Source: a virus | Lineage: Duplodnaviria; Caudoviricetes | Strand: one strand, 5' to 3' | Length of the DNA stretch: 64,000 nt | Virus record (IMG/VR): IMGVR_UViG_3300032269_001670 | Location: 21,708 to 85,707 of that record | Shown here: positions 33,729 to 47,800 of the stretch, in pieces | Layout: the number at the start of each line of letters is the position of its first letter | Position numbering within the stretch: the first letter of the stretch is position 1 | The notes under the pieces: model-generated | The model's database searches: none | The model's input: only the letters and a program-made list of their open reading frames with translations | What the model was told of the DNA's origin: nothing | Made by a program: the position numbers and the translations under genes

Positions 33729-36700
33729 CAGGTTGTCTCCAGTGAAGCATCATTAATGGAGGTTCCACCATCAGATGCCAACGATAGGTCTCTTGTAATA
33801 TATAGCCACGCATCGTCGCCAATGCTGCTCAAGGCAGACTGTGGAATATATGACCAGTCGCCATACAGCTTACCACCGTCTGTGGTTTCCGCAACAGCAC
33901 GAATTCTATATTGATAGCGATGAGTATAATCACTGCTTGTATCGGTGTAAGTTGAACCGCCAAATGTCACAGTACCAAGGCTGCCCCACTTGTTTTGCGC
34001 CTGTCCGGCCTTTACTGTCTCATACCAACTGACGGTAAACTTAGTGGAAATTGTTGACTTTGCAGCACTATATGCGGCGATTTCGGCATTTTCTGGGGCG
34101 TACATATTAAAGTACACAATTTGCCCGTTTCTGCTCACATGATCAACCGTCCAGTAGCCATTAAAAGACGGGTTACTTAGCAGGTTTTTCTTTGCCGGAT
34201 TGACCCAACCAGCAATTTGGATAATGTCCCCAGCAGAGATATTAGTGGACTGATTGAAATATACATAGCAGCTGGACACCCCGCCAGCAACCGCAGAACC
34301 GCGATAAATTGCCCTTCCGCTTTTTCGAAGCGCAGCCTGCCCAAGAACATTTTTCTTGAGCTCCTGTGATCGTCGTTCAATCTCAAAACGCTTTACCAAC
34401 TTGTTCCTAGGATTATTTTGATCAAACGTCCAGTTGATGACCGCAGCAAGATCTACCGTTGTTGCCTTTCCGTCCTGATCCTTACTATTGACCACGATAT
34501 TTGACACCCGTGTTGGTCGGGTCAGCGCAAGTTGTCCTGGGCCAAGGTTTACAGTAAGCTGCTCTCGTTGCACCAACACGATTGCGTTGCTTTCAAGGGC
34601 CGGCTCACCAGAAAGCTGCACAGAATAGTATGCTTCTCCACCGATAAACTTTGTTGTTTGAGATTTTACAACCACTGGCTCAACAACATCAACCTCTGTC
34701 CAAAAGAATGGGATCACTGAACCAACAGTTAGGCGACCATCTGATGCTGCAGTCGGGTGATCAATCTCATACGATTCAATTGTTTTGCCCGAATCGGCAA
34801 AAATTGCCTGCGCAGCTAGGGAGGCATCTTCTGGGGTCTCAATTTCTTTGTTAACAGTGGCCGATTCAATGATCTTTCCGTGGGTATTCCAAACGCCCTG
34901 AACGTGGTCAAAGGTATATCGCAATACCTGACCTGTAACTACGTTTGCAGTAGTCAAATCTCCGGTTGGGTTTATTGCAAAGGGTTTTGCATAAATATAG
35001 ACACGGTTTGCAGTACTACCATGCTGCGAGATATTTTGCGGAGTTTCAAATGTTTTCATTGGAATGACTGCATTTAGCGCTGGGTCAAATAGCATTTCGA
35101 CCGTTCCGCCATGCCTAATGCCGTAATCGGCAAAACCAAACTCGCCATCAAGAAGCACAGCTTTTGGATCGGCAAAATATGCAGCGTAGGATTGACTATG
35201 GGTCTCATGATCAAAGTACACTGCACCATACGCAATCTGTGCGTCTGTGGCCTTTACAACGCCCCACACTTTTTCCCAAACATCTGCCTGCGTTGGGGTA
35301 CCACCGATGTCGTCCGCAGTGTGCTCGCTACCGTTAGACTTATACCACTGGATTTTTACATGTGTTTTTGTTGGATATCCACTTTTTACCATGGCGGAGA
35401 CAAAGAAAACTTGTCCAGTGGTTACTGGGAACTTCTTTGATACCACATGAGCTCCCGTCGTTGCGCTGCAGACTGCCGCATACCCGTATCCGTATGGCCC
35501 ACCGGTTCGTGCAGTTGTTGTCCACGGGCTTTCAAACGTCCAGTCGCGCAAACTTGCATTACCAAACTCGTCTTCTAGCACAGGATTTTCTACAAGGTTC
35601 TTAACGTCGCGTTTTACGTAGTGGAGATATTTGTTTGCATCCACCCAATATTGGCAACCAGTTTTTTTTGAGATGTAATCCATTGCTTGGCGAAGTGTCA
35701 TGCCATTAAATGGCTCTTTGACTTTGCTCACCTCTGATCGTCCTGGGTTATCAGAAAGAAGCTTATAAGTAGACGCTGTTGAAAGAAGCGATCCAGCAAT
35801 GGCAAAATAATGAGCCATCCAGGCAATAAACCAATTTCTTTCTTCGACAGGAAGCACTCGGTCAATAACAATAATGTCGCCAATCCAGCCATCGTAAAAC
35901 CTTGAGGCAGCAGTAGAGCTATCCCATCCGTATCCAACAGTAAAGCTTGCTGCCGGCCCACCAATGGCATTCGTGGTACCGCTGTAGTTTGTCGCATTTG
36001 TAACGTACGGTGTTCCATCGTTTTTGCAAATTGTCAGGTTGTTTGTTCCTGTTGATGAATCAAGAGATATGTAGATAATAGAAGGAACATTCACGGTCAG
36101 TGTGAGCCCAGTATTATAGTAAGTACCGTACACCGTGCTAAAAACAACGTTTCCGCTTGAGTTAATCAAAAGCTCTCGGCGCTGCCCTGCATCCCGCGAT
36201 CCATGGTGCCAGATAGTTTTATAGCCAGATGCAGGAAAAGAAGTTGGCTGAACAACCGTAATAGCGCTAAATGATTTTGACAACGAAGCAAAGCCGGTAT
36301 CCATAACGTCTGCGTAGCCGGTATCGGAAGTTTTTGTATAGTTAGCAGTTGTAAGGGCATAGGTAAAGCTTGTTGAGTCTGGAACAGTATCAATCTCATA
36401 ATAGCCATTGACTGCTGTTTTAGTTACTGCGCGGACATTGACAACTTGGCCCTCGCGGAATCGATGCGGGGCCTTTGTATAAATGGTAACAACATTGGAT
36501 GCGACTTGAACATAGGCAATCTCGGTGCTGAACCGCGAGGAGAGTCCCTGGTAGCCGGTGGAAGTAAATTTAATTGCCTGCCTACCTCCAATGTAAGTCA
36601 GGGAATCTTCTGGGGCAGTAATGAAAGATGCACTTGGCACAGCTGCTCCTCCGCGTCCAGTGCTTGTTGTCCACGGGTAATTAAATTGCATAAGCGCAGC

Positions 36701-38809
36701 AGTCGCAGCAAACTCACCTGGCGCAGCGTCGGCAGCCGATCTGGTATCGGAAAATTTAATCCAGGCAACGCCACCAGAATTGTATGTTACCGATGAAGCA
36801 AGTCGCGCGCTTTTACTTGTAATGCTGTTAATGTAGTTTGTTGACGAACCAGTATTTGACCCGCTGTTGGTAAAGAAAATGAGATTGCCCTTAACCCTTT
36901 TAATTGTTTGCGATCCGTTAAGGCCAGAGGCGGCACCAGTTAGCCCGGAAATAGTAATTGCAGAACCAACTTCAAATGGGTGGCCAGAGCTTTTCCCAGA
37001 TTTTGGCGCATACGGGGATACGTTTGCAGCAATTCCAATGACACCAGTATTTTTATAGCGACCATATCGGTATACGCGCCACGGATTTGTTGAGTAGGCA
37101 TCTGAAACTGCCCCAGAAACAGCAGAAATGACGGCCCTACAAGCAAAATCTGCTAACCCCTCAACAACGATTACTTCGTTTTGATTAAACCATTGCGTTG
37201 TTGAATTATACCAAATCTGCGTGACGTTATCTTGACGACGAGCTGCAACAATTCGGAAGCGCTTGCTGTCCGCGTACAAGTTTTGAACTTTATCTTGAGC
37301 AAGTTGAATATACGTAGCATAAACGTAGGCACTTGCAAAATTTGTTCCATTCATCGTGCTGGAGTTCTTAACTTTAAATGTTGTTGGGGTTGCCTCCTCA
37401 ACAACGGAAGCAGCAATGTTTAGAGATCCAACGCCACCGCTTTCTGTGATCCCACTGATGCCAATCACATCACCAACAACCAATGTGTTTGCGCAGGTAT
37501 ATGTGACATATGCACCGTCGGTGCTGGATGCCGTAATAGGAAACTTCTTCACTGTCATGCCGGGATCGGTTGCGGAGGTAAATCGGATGACTGTCGAGCT
37601 TTGTCGGTCGCATCGGAATGTCTGAGTGAATGACGTCTTTCCTGAGTCCATAAGCATGTTTTGAACATTGACATACTCTCCGGTTACCAAAGAGTGGTTT
37701 CCAAGTGTTGTGAATTCAACGTAATTATCTGTTGTGTTGTAGGAGCCAATAGAAGAAATTACATACCGCTCGTTAAGTGCACTTGTCAGGGCAACGCATC
37801 GCATGTCTGTTGTGATGTCTGCGGCGACCGGATCAAGAGAAAACCTATTGGAGCTAGTTTTATACTCGGACAATGGCATCCAAAGCTTTGCCCCAAGGGC
37901 GGCCGGGTAGGCCGGGTCTGGGAGGTAGGAAACAGGGCTAAATCGCGTATCATTGAGCTCTTCCTGGACATAGCTACCATTGTAAGTAATCCCAAGGCTC
38001 ACGGAATTTCCGCTATACGGGTCAGTAGTTCGAACGTCGCTAAAAAGCGAAGCAGTACTTGGCGTTGCCCTTCCGGATGTTTCGCTACTCGCGGTATACG
38101 GAGCAGTTCCAGAGGCTGTCGCCTTAATCGAAACCTCAGAAAGAATCGAAGAGACAGTCCACGTCCCGTTATAATTTGTTGTTCGGTCGACAATGAAGGA
38201 TTGACCAACAATCATGTCGTGGGCATCTTCCAGCGAAACAGTAATTTCTCTAGTCGAACCAGACCCGCCATCGTTAAGCTTCAAGATCTTTAGGCCGTTT
38301 TTTGCCTTGTCAGTGACCGCTCCACCCTTAATAATCTGATAGTCTTTTACATCATACGGAGCTTTGTATCGGTCAATGACTACCTCGTCAAGTAGTGCTG
38401 TATAGTCCTGGCAAGTAATCTTTGTGGTAATGGCACCGCCACTGCGTTCCCGGGCAACCTGCGTAATAATGCCACCAAAAATTAACGTGCCACTTTCATA
38501 GATTTGCACTTCAGACCGTGCGGGGATCTCAAAATCAAACGTTGGGTCAGCTAGAGCGGCGGTTGCTTTGGCGATATTTGTGGCCCCGGTATACGATGAC
38601 CATCGGGTATTAGAGATTGGGAACATTGTGTAAATGGAAAAATTTGCGGTCGCCTGCGAGCCATCAGAGCTTTGGGTAAATGTGAACGACTCGCTCCCGC
38701 CATCCAGGAACATGACTCGATTTGTTACGTCAACAAAATCTGACAGCGTTGGATAGTCAAGAAGCTTAGGCTGAATTTTGACTGTAATTGTCCCAGTAAC
38801 TTGGGCCAT
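33728..38809 (-). CDS. Large tail-tip/baseplate hub protein with LamG-like and carbohydrate-binding-like inserts
   Basis: Follows the tape measure; LIFGGIITQV...CQDYTALLD hub motif; DGWIGDIIVIDRVL LamG-like. Confidence 0.8.
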   Translation of the reverse strand: MAQVTGTITVKIQPKLLDYPTLSDFVDVTNRVMFLDGGSESFTFTQSSDGSQATANFSIYTMFPISNTRWSSYTGATNIAKATAALADPTFDFEIPARSEVQIYESGTLIFGGIITQVARERSGGAITTKITCQDYTALLDEVVIDRYKAPYDVKDYQIIKGGAVTDKAKNGLKILKLNDGGSGSTREITVSLEDAHDMIVGQSFIVDRTTNYNGTWTVSSILSEVSIKATASGTAPYTASSETSGRATPSTASLFSDVRTTDPYSGNSVSLGITYNGSYVQEELNDTRFSPVSYLPDPAYPAALGAKLWMPLSEYKTSSNRFSLDPVAADITTDMRCVALTSALNERYVISSIGSYNTTDNYVEFTTLGNHSLVTGEYVNVQNMLMDSGKTSFTQTFRCDRQSSTVIRFTSATDPGMTVKKFPITASSTDGAYVTYTCANTLVVGDVIGISGITESGGVGSLNIAASVVEEATPTTFKVKNSSTMNGTNFASAYVYATYIQLAQDKVQNLYADSKRFRIVAARRQDNVTQIWYNSTTQWFNQNEVIVVEGLADFACRAVISAVSGAVSDAYSTNPWRVYRYGRYKNTGVIGIAANVSPYAPKSGKSSGHPFEVGSAITISGLTGAASGLNGSQTIKRVKGNLIFFTNSGSNTGSSTNYINSITSKSARLASSVTYNSGGVAWIKFSDTRSAADAAPGEFAATAALMQFNYPWTTSTGRGGAAVPSASFITAPEDSLTYIGGRQAIKFTSTGYQGLSSRFSTEIAYVQVASNVVTIYTKAPHRFREGQVVNVRAVTKTAVNGYYEIDTVPDSTSFTYALTTANYTKTSDTGYADVMDTGFASLSKSFSAITVVQPTSFPASGYKTIWHHGSRDAGQRRELLINSSGNVVFSTVYGTYYNTGLTLTVNVPSIIYISLDSSTGTNNLTICKNDGTPYVTNATNYSGTTNAIGGPAASFTVGYGWDSSTAASRFYDGWIGDIIVIDRVLPVEERNWFIAWMAHYFAIAGSLLSTASTYKLLSDNPGRSEVSKVKEPFNGMTLRQAMDYISKKTGCQYWVDANKYLHYVKRDVKNLVENPVLEDEFGNASLRDWTFESPWTTTARTGGPYGYGYAAVCSATTGAHVVSKKFPVTTGQVFFVSAMVKSGYPTKTHVKIQWYKSNGSEHTADDIGGTPTQADVWEKVWGVVKATDAQIAYGAVYFDHETHSQSYAAYFADPKAVLLDGEFGFADYGIRHGGTVEMLFDPALNAVIPMKTFETPQNISQHGSTANRVYIYAKPFAINPTGDLTTANVVTGQVLRYTFDHVQGVWNTHGKIIESATVNKEIETPEDASLAAQAIFADSGKTIESYEIDHPTAASDGRLTVGSVIPFFWTEVDVVEPVVVKSQTTKFIGGEAYYSVQLSGEPALESNAIVLVQREQLTVNLGPGQLALTRPTRVSNIVVNSKDQDGKATTVDLAAVINWTFDQNNPRNKLVKRFEIERRSQELKKNVLGQAALRKSGRAIYRGSAVAGGVSSCYVYFNQSTNISAGDIIQIAGWVNPAKKNLLSNPSFNGYWTVDHVSRNGQIVYFNMYAPENAEIAAYSAAKSTISTKFTVSWYETVKAGQAQNKWGSLGTVTFGGSTYTDTSSDYTHRYQYRIRAVAETTDGGKLYGDWSYIPQSALSSIGDDAWLYITRDLSLASDGGTSINDASLETT

Positions 38810-38812
38810 AAA

Positions 38813-41800
38813 TTACCTCTTTACGTATCCGGTTGAGCGGAGCGCTCGAGCCTGTGCCGCCGCCACCCTCTCAGCCAATCGATCAATATCTGCAGCAGAG
38901 TTGAGCTGCGGATTATGGATGTTCACTGTACCACTAATTGGTGATCGAGATGGGTGTGCATGCACGTTCGGTGGGGTCATAGATCGTGGGCCACCAGTGA
39001 GGAGGTCCATAAGGAATCCAGGAGCAGACATTTCTGCCATTGTGCCGCCAATAGTTGCCCCAGTAATTCCCATAGTTTTTAAGAAATCTTTTGACAAATA
39101 ATTACTAAATCCGTTGTTATCTAATGCTTTCAGGCCCCAATTTTGTAAGAAAGTAAGTTTTGACGCCATTTGCACAAACTTACCTGGCTCATAACCTGGT
39201 TGCCCAAGATTTTCCCATGATTGACCAAGTTTATATGACCATGATCCTTCCTTCATGCCATTTTCTACGTATCGCTCAAGTAGACCTCCCGCTTTTCCCG
39301 CAAGAGCCCCCAATGGTGCTCCGGCGCGCATCAAAAGCATCCCAAGAGCAGACTTCCAGTCTCCGCCCATTTGCCCATTTCTGCCAAAACGCGCTACGGT
39401 CTTTTGCCAATCTTGCATATTGTTTAGGTTATGCATTCCGGAATCACCCGACCCAGTGCCAAAGGCATACCCACCCAGGCCCATATTGACAGCGCCAAGA
39501 GCTCCCGCAGACGAGCGCAACCAGGACGGAAGCTTGTGGTTCGGGACGACACGAATACCGTTTTGCCCAACTTCGATCATCTCCGGTCCGCGTTCGCCAA
39601 CCATGAACTGGCCGGCGCTGGAAATCATGCCGCCAGCTGCGCCTCCAGGAAGGATATACGATGGCAGGAATAACTGCGCATTTGCCTGACCAAGACTCGT
39701 TGGGCCACCAGTTCCGCCGCCATAAAGGGCGTTAGTGAGCGCCTCAATCAGGGATTGGTTGTTTGGCAGCAAGATGCCCTGCAGTGCCGTTCGGAAAGCG
39801 GAATCTTGACTCTTTACTTCAGATGCAAAGATCTCTGCGGTATCAGAGATATTGGCCATTTGATTGTTCAAACCAGTAATTGTCTTGACAAGCAGCGCCC
39901 GGATCTCGTCTTGCTTGTCTTGAGCAATATTTTTTCCTCCTCCGGTAGTAAAGTATCCTGGATCAACCTTTCCATTGGCGTACTTTTTGCCAAGGGCGGC
40001 AAGAACGCGCTGGACTGATTTCTTTTGATCAGCAAGATATTTTTCCTTGTACGTCTTTCCGGTAACCTTGGTCTGGCCTCCAGTGTTAAAGATGTCAAGG
40101 GCATCTTGCGCGGCCTTGTAAAGCTTGTCCTGTCGAGCGGCCTCGGCCGCTTTGGCAATTAACCCAGGAAGAGCTTTGAAGACCTTGGTTACGCTATTCT
40201 GCATGGCCTTCATAAAGCCATCGCCAAAGGACGACATAAACGAGTACCCCTGGCTTTGCGCAACGTCAAGATCAAGGCCGGCAGATGCAAAGATGTCTTT
40301 AAACTTCTGCTTGGCAGCAGCCGTTCCAATCCTTCCTTCTTGAATTTGCTTCATCAAATCGTCCATCTGCTCTTGGATGGATCGAGCCCGTTCTGCCTGA
40401 TCCTTTTGTAGGGCCTTTGCCTTGTCTTCGTAGTAGGTCGTTGTTTCCGTATAAGAAACACTACCCTTGCCGGCTTCAATCGCCTTGGACATTTGATCCA
40501 ACTTATTTGTGCCCATCTGGTTGAATAGGTCTCGAGCAGCTTCTCGAGCCTTGCGGGCGCGCTCCAACGGGGCAACAGATGCATCAAAGACATCAAGAGC
40601 AGCCTCAGCCGCAGCAGTACGCTGCTTCTCCAGCTCTGCCATCTTGTCCATCTCTTCGCGCTGCTGCTTCATGGCACCGTACTGCTCCTCAAGGACGCCA
40701 AGCCGAACCATTTCGCCGTTATACATAACCATAGTGTTCTCAAGGGCATGTGCCTTTTCATCCTCAAGCGCCTTCTTTTCGGCATCAAACATCTCTTGGA
40801 TAATTTCCTGAGTTCGTGACGTAAGTCGAGCAAGGTCAGTTTGGAATGGCTCTAACGCTTTCTGGTAAGCGTCCTGAGCTTCTTTTAGCGCTGCGCCAGT
40901 GGCGTCTAGGTTGTCGGAAAGCACCTTTGCAATGGCGTCCTGAGCCTCCTTGCTTCCGCCAGCAAGGTCCTTAAACATGGCTTTAACTTGATCAACCGTT
41001 TTTCCTGTTGCCTTGGCAATTTGCTCAAAGCTGGCCCCCTCAAGGAACATCTTCCCAGCAAGCTTATCGGGGCTTTGAAGAATAAGCGCCTGAGCATTTT
41101 GACGAAGAAGATCTTCCGGGCTGACTTTATCAAGATATTCTTTTTGCCAAGCAGCAAGCTTTTTGACCCACTCATCAAGCTGGTCTTTTATTTCGCCTTC
41201 ATTTGGCTGGTAGGCAAGTGCCTGCTCGGGGCTATAGCCATTCTCTATAAGGGTTTTATACAGGGTACTTCCCACTTGCACCTTGCCCGCCGTGGGCTTT
41301 TCTGGTGGAGCAGGAAGGTTGGTCGGAATATTCGGGAAAAGCTTTTGATATTCAGTTTTTCCATAGTAGTCAAGAAGTGTCTGCTGCGACGAGTATGCGC
41401 CTTGATAGTCAGCTGCTGCTTTTCGTTGCTCATCAGTTACTTGTTGATCCATCCACCATCCGACCAAAGCAGAAATTGCTATAAGAACACCAGCAATGGC
41501 GAGACCCATTGTTCCAAAAGCAACTTTAAGAGCATTTCCTGCCATGGCAAGACCGGAAATTCCAAAACCAACCTGTGTCAAACCATCGCCAATTGCTGTA
41601 AGGGTTTTGCTGTTAAGTGCTGAGCCCATCAGACTTGTAAACATGCCAATTCCCATCATGGCAGTACCAACCATCTGCGCCCTTGCGGCAATAGCCTTTA
41701 TGACTGTTTTCAAACTTTCAAGGCTAAGCCCAGTGGTCTTAAGTTTCATCACAAATTGGCCAAGTTGCGCAATTGAGCTCTGATTGGCTTCTTTGTAGGC

Positions 41801-44800
41801 ATTGGAAAGAGCGCGCATTCCGGAGGTGCCCATATCCTTCTTTAGAGCTGCCCACTCCACCTTTCCTTCAGCCGTGTTTCTATTGTTGTAAAGTTCCCTG
41901 TAGCGGCCCATAACAAGGTTGGCAGTTTCTGGATTTAGGGCATTATTCCGAACAAAAGCATTCTGGGTTGCCCCAGGAACTAGCGCACCGGCCGGGATAC
42001 CAGTAAGTTCCATACCATTTGCTGCGGCAAATTTAGGAAGAATATGCATTGCTGCTCGCATAAGCGCAGGGCTTCCGTACCCCATTCCAGCAACCCCAGT
42101 TTGCCCAAGCGCCATTGTCGGAGAGGCGCCCATCATTGCCGCCAGCCCCTGTGGTTCATTTACAGAAAGACCATACAGCTTATTTCCGGCATACATGCGC
42201 TTGCTGGCGCCAAATGCTCCACCCGCGCCCATAAAGCCACCCATGGCTCGGCTGTTTTGCATGCGTTCAAGTGCCTGGGCGGCAGCCATGGTCGCATTCC
42301 CGAACTTTCCCATTGCGGCGGCCATGCCGTCCACAAGAACCTTTTTGCCGATAAACGCAGCAAGGGCCATACCAATGATGCTGGCAAATGGTTTAACTGC
42401 CGCGCCAATCTTGCTAAATACGTCAAGTAGGGTTATAAGAATTGGAGACAATGATCGAACAAGGGCCCCCATGGTGGCAAGGAATGTTTCAATTCCCGCA
42501 GAAAGACCCTCAGTTACTCCTGGAACAAAGTTATCACTAATTCTTGCAAGAATCTTGTCAAACTGTGGTTTCACCCGATCAAATAGATCGCCAAAGCCAA
42601 ATGAGTTATTTTTTACTGCGGTCGAGATTGCACCGATTGCGGTGGTTACCAAGCCAATAGTTGCCAACAGGGGGTTAGATGCAAGGGTGGACATTAGCAA
42701 CTTTGCGGCAATTGCAGCTACGCCAAGATTACGAATCACATCGTTTTCAAGAAGTTTTCCAATAGTGCCAATCCCGGCGCTGAAGTTTTGAACTAGACCA
42801 CCAAGTGTTGATTTGGTGCTGCCAAGGGCTGATCCAAGTTTTCCAAACGTTGAAACAAAGCTACTACCAAGTTTCATGATGGCAGAAGCAAATCCTGGAA
42901 TGAATTGACGCAGTGCCATTGCAATCTTGGAGATTATATCGCCAAATGCCTTAGACTTGTTAATCCATTTTTCTGTTTGGAACAAGTCTGCTAGCTGCAC
43001 CGTAAAGTCTCGAACAACATCGAACAACGGCTTAAAGCTTGTTGCAATCAAAGATTGTGAGGTATCCGCAAGCGTGGTCATCGCTCCCGAGAACGTTCGG
43101 GAGTACGCCATCATTCCTCCGCCATAGCGCTCCCCAAGGCCCTGGAGAATGGCCTGCACGGACTCCGGTCCGGATAGTCTGCCGACTCGAGCGAGCTTGC
43201 GGATTGTCTCGACGGCGGTCTTTGGGTCAAGCAGCTTTTTATAAATCTCCATGTTAGCTTTCTTGAGCGCTGGATCTGCCTCAATCTGCTTGATAACCGC
43301 CTGTGACAAGATTTCATACCCGGCAATACCAGCGTTCGCCAGCTGCATCATGTCGTTTTGGTAGACGCGACCAGCGGAGTTCATCTGACCAAGGGCATAC
43401 GTGACGCGGCGGAGCTTGTCGTCTTCTGCACCAAGTGCAGCTACGGCGTCGCCAATGTTAACAAGAGCTCCACGGAACTGCTTTGCCTCTCCGGTGAGCT
43501 TGCGCCATGGGTTTGGAATCTCCTCCAAAATAGCCATTTGCCCCTTGGCCTTTGCCTTCACGGAATCGATCTCAAAACCGAATGCCTTCATGCGGAGGGC
43601 TGCGGTCTCAAGATCACCGAATCGGAAGTTTGTAACGTTGGCAAAGTCACGCAAGACAACGATGAAGTCATCCGTCTTTTTCTTGGCATCCTCTAAGCTA
43701 TACCCGGCATTGTGGAACAGGGTGGTAAATCCAACCGAAGCGGCCTCAATCTTTGCGTTGAACTCAATAATACCGCCACGCAGGTGGTTAATCATTCCTA
43801 CGAAGGCGAATACTGCTTGCTGACCAATGGCAAGGTTTGCGGCAAACCTCAAGGATGACATCGCACCAGCAGTGAAGCCAGTACCAACCTCAGTCATCAC
43901 CTTTCCAAGCTGGTTGAAGTTGATATTTCCCGATCCCATAACTCGATTGAGTCGCGTCTGTGCGTTGGCCATTGCCTCGGTTTCCATGACCTGCTTTTGA
44001 TAGGCAACCTTTGCTCCACTCTTAAGTTCCGCAGATTGCAACCCGCGAGTAGAATAGGCCTCCCTAGCCTGTCGGAAGGCAGAGAGTGGCGCCCCAAGCG
44101 GTGAGTTATAAAGCGCTGATCCGGCAAGGCCGCGAGCATTCGCAAGGCTTTCTTGAATTTGCGCCTGCGGCATCATGAGGCGCTCCATGCCAACGCCACG
44201 GAAGAATCTTCCGCTTAGACCGCCGCCGGATACAAGCGCCTGTCCGTAATAGCGACGGATTGACTCAGCTGCGGTTTCTGGATTGTATGGAACGAGTGCG
44301 CCACCGCCAGTGAATGAGCCCGGTTGTCCTGGGGCGCCTGGTCGCGCCCCCTGCAAGACAACTCCTCCAGGGATTCCCGTATGCGGAACGTTCTCGAGAA
44401 GCATTGGCAGCTCCCTCGTTCCTCGACCGGCGCCTCGACTTGCTCGTCCGCCCGTAACAAGCCGCTCTGCGGCGGGAATTTCTGCCTTAGAAACTTCTTG
44501 GAACGAACGAACAAGCTGCCGAACCATTTGATTGGCTTTTTCCACGTGTTCCACATTCTTTGGATCAAAGAACGGCTTTGCGCCAGGAGCTTTAACAAAA
44601 GATTCTGGGTTCATGCCGAGTGCGAGCATGCCTTTCTCCAGCGGAGACAGGCCCACAAGATATTTTGCTACCTCTGATCGGGCACCGGAAATTTCTTGCA
44701 TTGGGCGAGAAAGTTGGCTTTCTGGGCCAATAAGCGCTGTTGTTCCTTGCGCGGCAGCAGAAAGCAGTCCCATGCGTGTAGCCTGAAGGTTCTTGCCCTT

Positions 44801-47800
44801 AAAGCTTTCTGGCGTCAGGCCAGATAGGTAATTGCCAATGTGCGATGCGGCCTGCAAGCCTCCCGACTCTGGGAGAAGTCCCAGGCCAATGGCAGATCCA
44901 AATGATCGCTGGGCATAACGCTGTAGGCTTCCAAGCCCCTTACCAGTAGTTGATCCAAGTTTGTTGTAAATGTTTTTAATTGTTTCAAGATAATTATTAA
45001 CAAGTTTAGTCTGCGCTGGGCTGGCAAGCTTTTGTAGTTCTGGTAGCAATCGGGCCGCCTCTTTGCCAACGCCAAACTCTGACATTGCTTTTTGGTTACC
45101 AAAACCGCCCGGAACAGCCTCGCCCATAAGTCGATGGAATGCCAGCTGTGCCGGAAGAGCTCCAGAAGACTTGGAAGTTGCTGCTTGCAGTCGATAAAAC
45201 TCTGGGTCAAGGTGTCCAGCAGACATCGGCTCTCCGTACCGAGCGGCAGCGAGGGCATGGGGCATGTATTGAATATTCCCCTGAGCATTGCGAACAATTT
45301 GACCTTGATTGTTAATTTGCGGAACTTCTGCTGGGTTTCTATAGCCCTGGCGCATGCGCTCTTGGAATTGTCCATGCGACAACTCATGAATCATAGTGCG
45401 CAAAACTGACCCGCTTGATCGTTGTCGCAGGCCAGTAAGCAGCATGGAATTCTCCGCCGTGTTGTACATTCCCTGCAGTCCGCCCATTCCGCTTTCTGCA
45501 AGATTAAGGCTGGTCATTCTTCGAGCAGGTAGATATGTTTCAAGGAATGGTCGAAGCAAAGTTGAGAACCGTTGCATACCTTCAGGGCCGCCTTCGGTTT
45601 GGGCGTTTACTTGGGTAGATGCCAACTTTTCACCTTGGAGTGATCGAAGCGGGCCAAACTTTTCTGACAAAATGCTGATCTGTCGTGCCTGCTCTCGGCT
45701 CGAAAGGCCTTTGAACTCTGTTCCAGACATGAGCGCGCGCATCTGTTGGCGCAACTCATTGGCCTTCTGTGTATTTAGGACAGATTCATTTGGGTCAACA
45801 AGGTACTTACCGGTCTTTGCATTAAGGCCAGCAAGAGACATGTTGTAGTTTGATCGCAACCTAGCCAGGGTTGCGCGCCCTCCAGCCGCAGCATAGAGCG
45901 GGTTGGTTGGGTCTCCTCCGCCGGCTCCAGACAGTGCTGTTGGGCGGCCGCGACCGCCACCACCGGCTCCGCCGGTAAGCACCTTTTCGGCCTCCTTAAC
46001 GACTTTCTCCTCTTCCTTTGCAACTTTCTCTTTTGCCTTGGAAGTTTTTGTGCCAGCCTCGGCCGCTTTTGTAGTCGCTACTGCTTCCTTCTGTTGAGTC
46101 TTTAGGGCGGTTCCAAACATTGCCGTAACAGACGCGGCAAGTTCTTCGTGACCATTTAGGGGATCAAGTGAAACGCCACGCTCTTTTGCAAGAGCTCGAA
46201 GATTGTTGGCCATTTGCAGTTGACCCATAGCAACTTCTGGAACTGCGCTGCGCGGTTGAGCAACGTAGTTTTGCAAATTTTCCATAAGCTTCATGTATCC
46301 GGTGGCAAGGCGGGTATTGAACACGCCTTGTCGCTTTGGGTCGGATTCTGCGTATGGGATATACCCACCGGCTCGCGCCTTGACGCTTCCCTGGGCAATA
46401 CCAAGCTCACGAGGAGAGATGCCATATCCACCCTCGGGGGTTGCACGATACGCATTTGGTCGTCGGAATCCAGGGTTTGCCTTGGCAACCGTTTCAACAA
46501 TCGCTTCAGATGCCGTAGTCGCTACTGCCTCACTTGCGGCTTTAACGGCAGGCTTTGCGGCAATGGCTGCAGCTGTTGGAACAGCCTGTGGCATGCCAGA
46601 GAAGACTTCATTCAAAACCGTCTCAAACAACGCAGCTTTTTGGGCGGAAGATCCCTTGCCCCTCATCCCCTTTGACCCCTGCACATATCGATTAGATGCC
46701 TCAATAGCCATCCGTACGGCCTGGCGAGGATCAGCCTTCATCGACCCGCCTTCTTCGCCAAAGAGGCTTGCCTGGGCTCCTTCTGCCTTTGCCCCATAAG
46801 AAGTCATTGTGCTTAGGAATGCGCCAAGACCACCAGATGGAACGGAAAGCATTGCAGAAGCTAGGCGCACATGCTCGCGTGGGATTTTTCCTCCAAACAT
46901 AGTCTTTTGTGAAAGAAGCGCGCGCGCTGCGCCAAGTTGATTTCCAACAAGGCCCTCTCGTTGAGCGCCGCTAATCCATGCCTGAGGTCCAGTGGTGGCC
47001 TCTTGCATCAGCTTTAGGGCCCCAGGGAGGTTGTTAAAGATTGGGTCCATGGCAGCTGGCAGTTCACCACTCTCAATGCGGCCGCGCAGGCGCAGTTGTG
47101 GTCCAAGGTTGCGTTCAAGGGCCGCACGAGTAGTTGATCCAAGAGCGCTTGGCTCTTTGCTATACGCGGAGGTCAACATCTCGGCGGTGGCGGTGTTATT
47201 GCCGTATGCCTTGGCAACAAGCGTCTGCATCATCAGGTTGGTCATCTCGGTGCCAGTCCCAAAACGCTTCGATGCAAGTGTTGAGCCAAGCGCCTCTTCA
47301 ACTAGTTGGCCCCTAAATGCCGAGAATGCTTCGCCCTTACCGGCAGCAATTGACTTTCGTGGATCTCCGGCAAGGAGTGACTGTGGGAGCGGGCCAATCA
47401 TGCGAGACGCTGCGTGCGCGATCTCCTCAGTGGTCAAACCAGTTCTAGCGTTGAGCTGAAGACCAAGTTGACCTTGCTGACGTGGGCCAAGCTGCTCCAT
47501 AGAGGAAGTAAGACGCCGAACAAGCATAGGGGTTTCTCCGGCAGCAATAATTGCCTTCGCCTCTTTTGCCAATGCAGCAGTTTCGCCCTTGCCAAACTCT
47601 CCCGGGTTTTTCTTCATGAACTCAGCAACAGAACCTCGAATAACTTCTTTTCCAGTTTCCCCAAGGTTTTTTACAATTTGTCGCATGCCCAACGTTCGTC
47701 CGTTTCCAGAAAGAACAAACTCTTGCCCAGCTTGGTTTACTACTGTGGCAATAAGTCCTTCTTCAAGGTTAGTTGTTGGGGTAAAAATTTTCTCACGTTG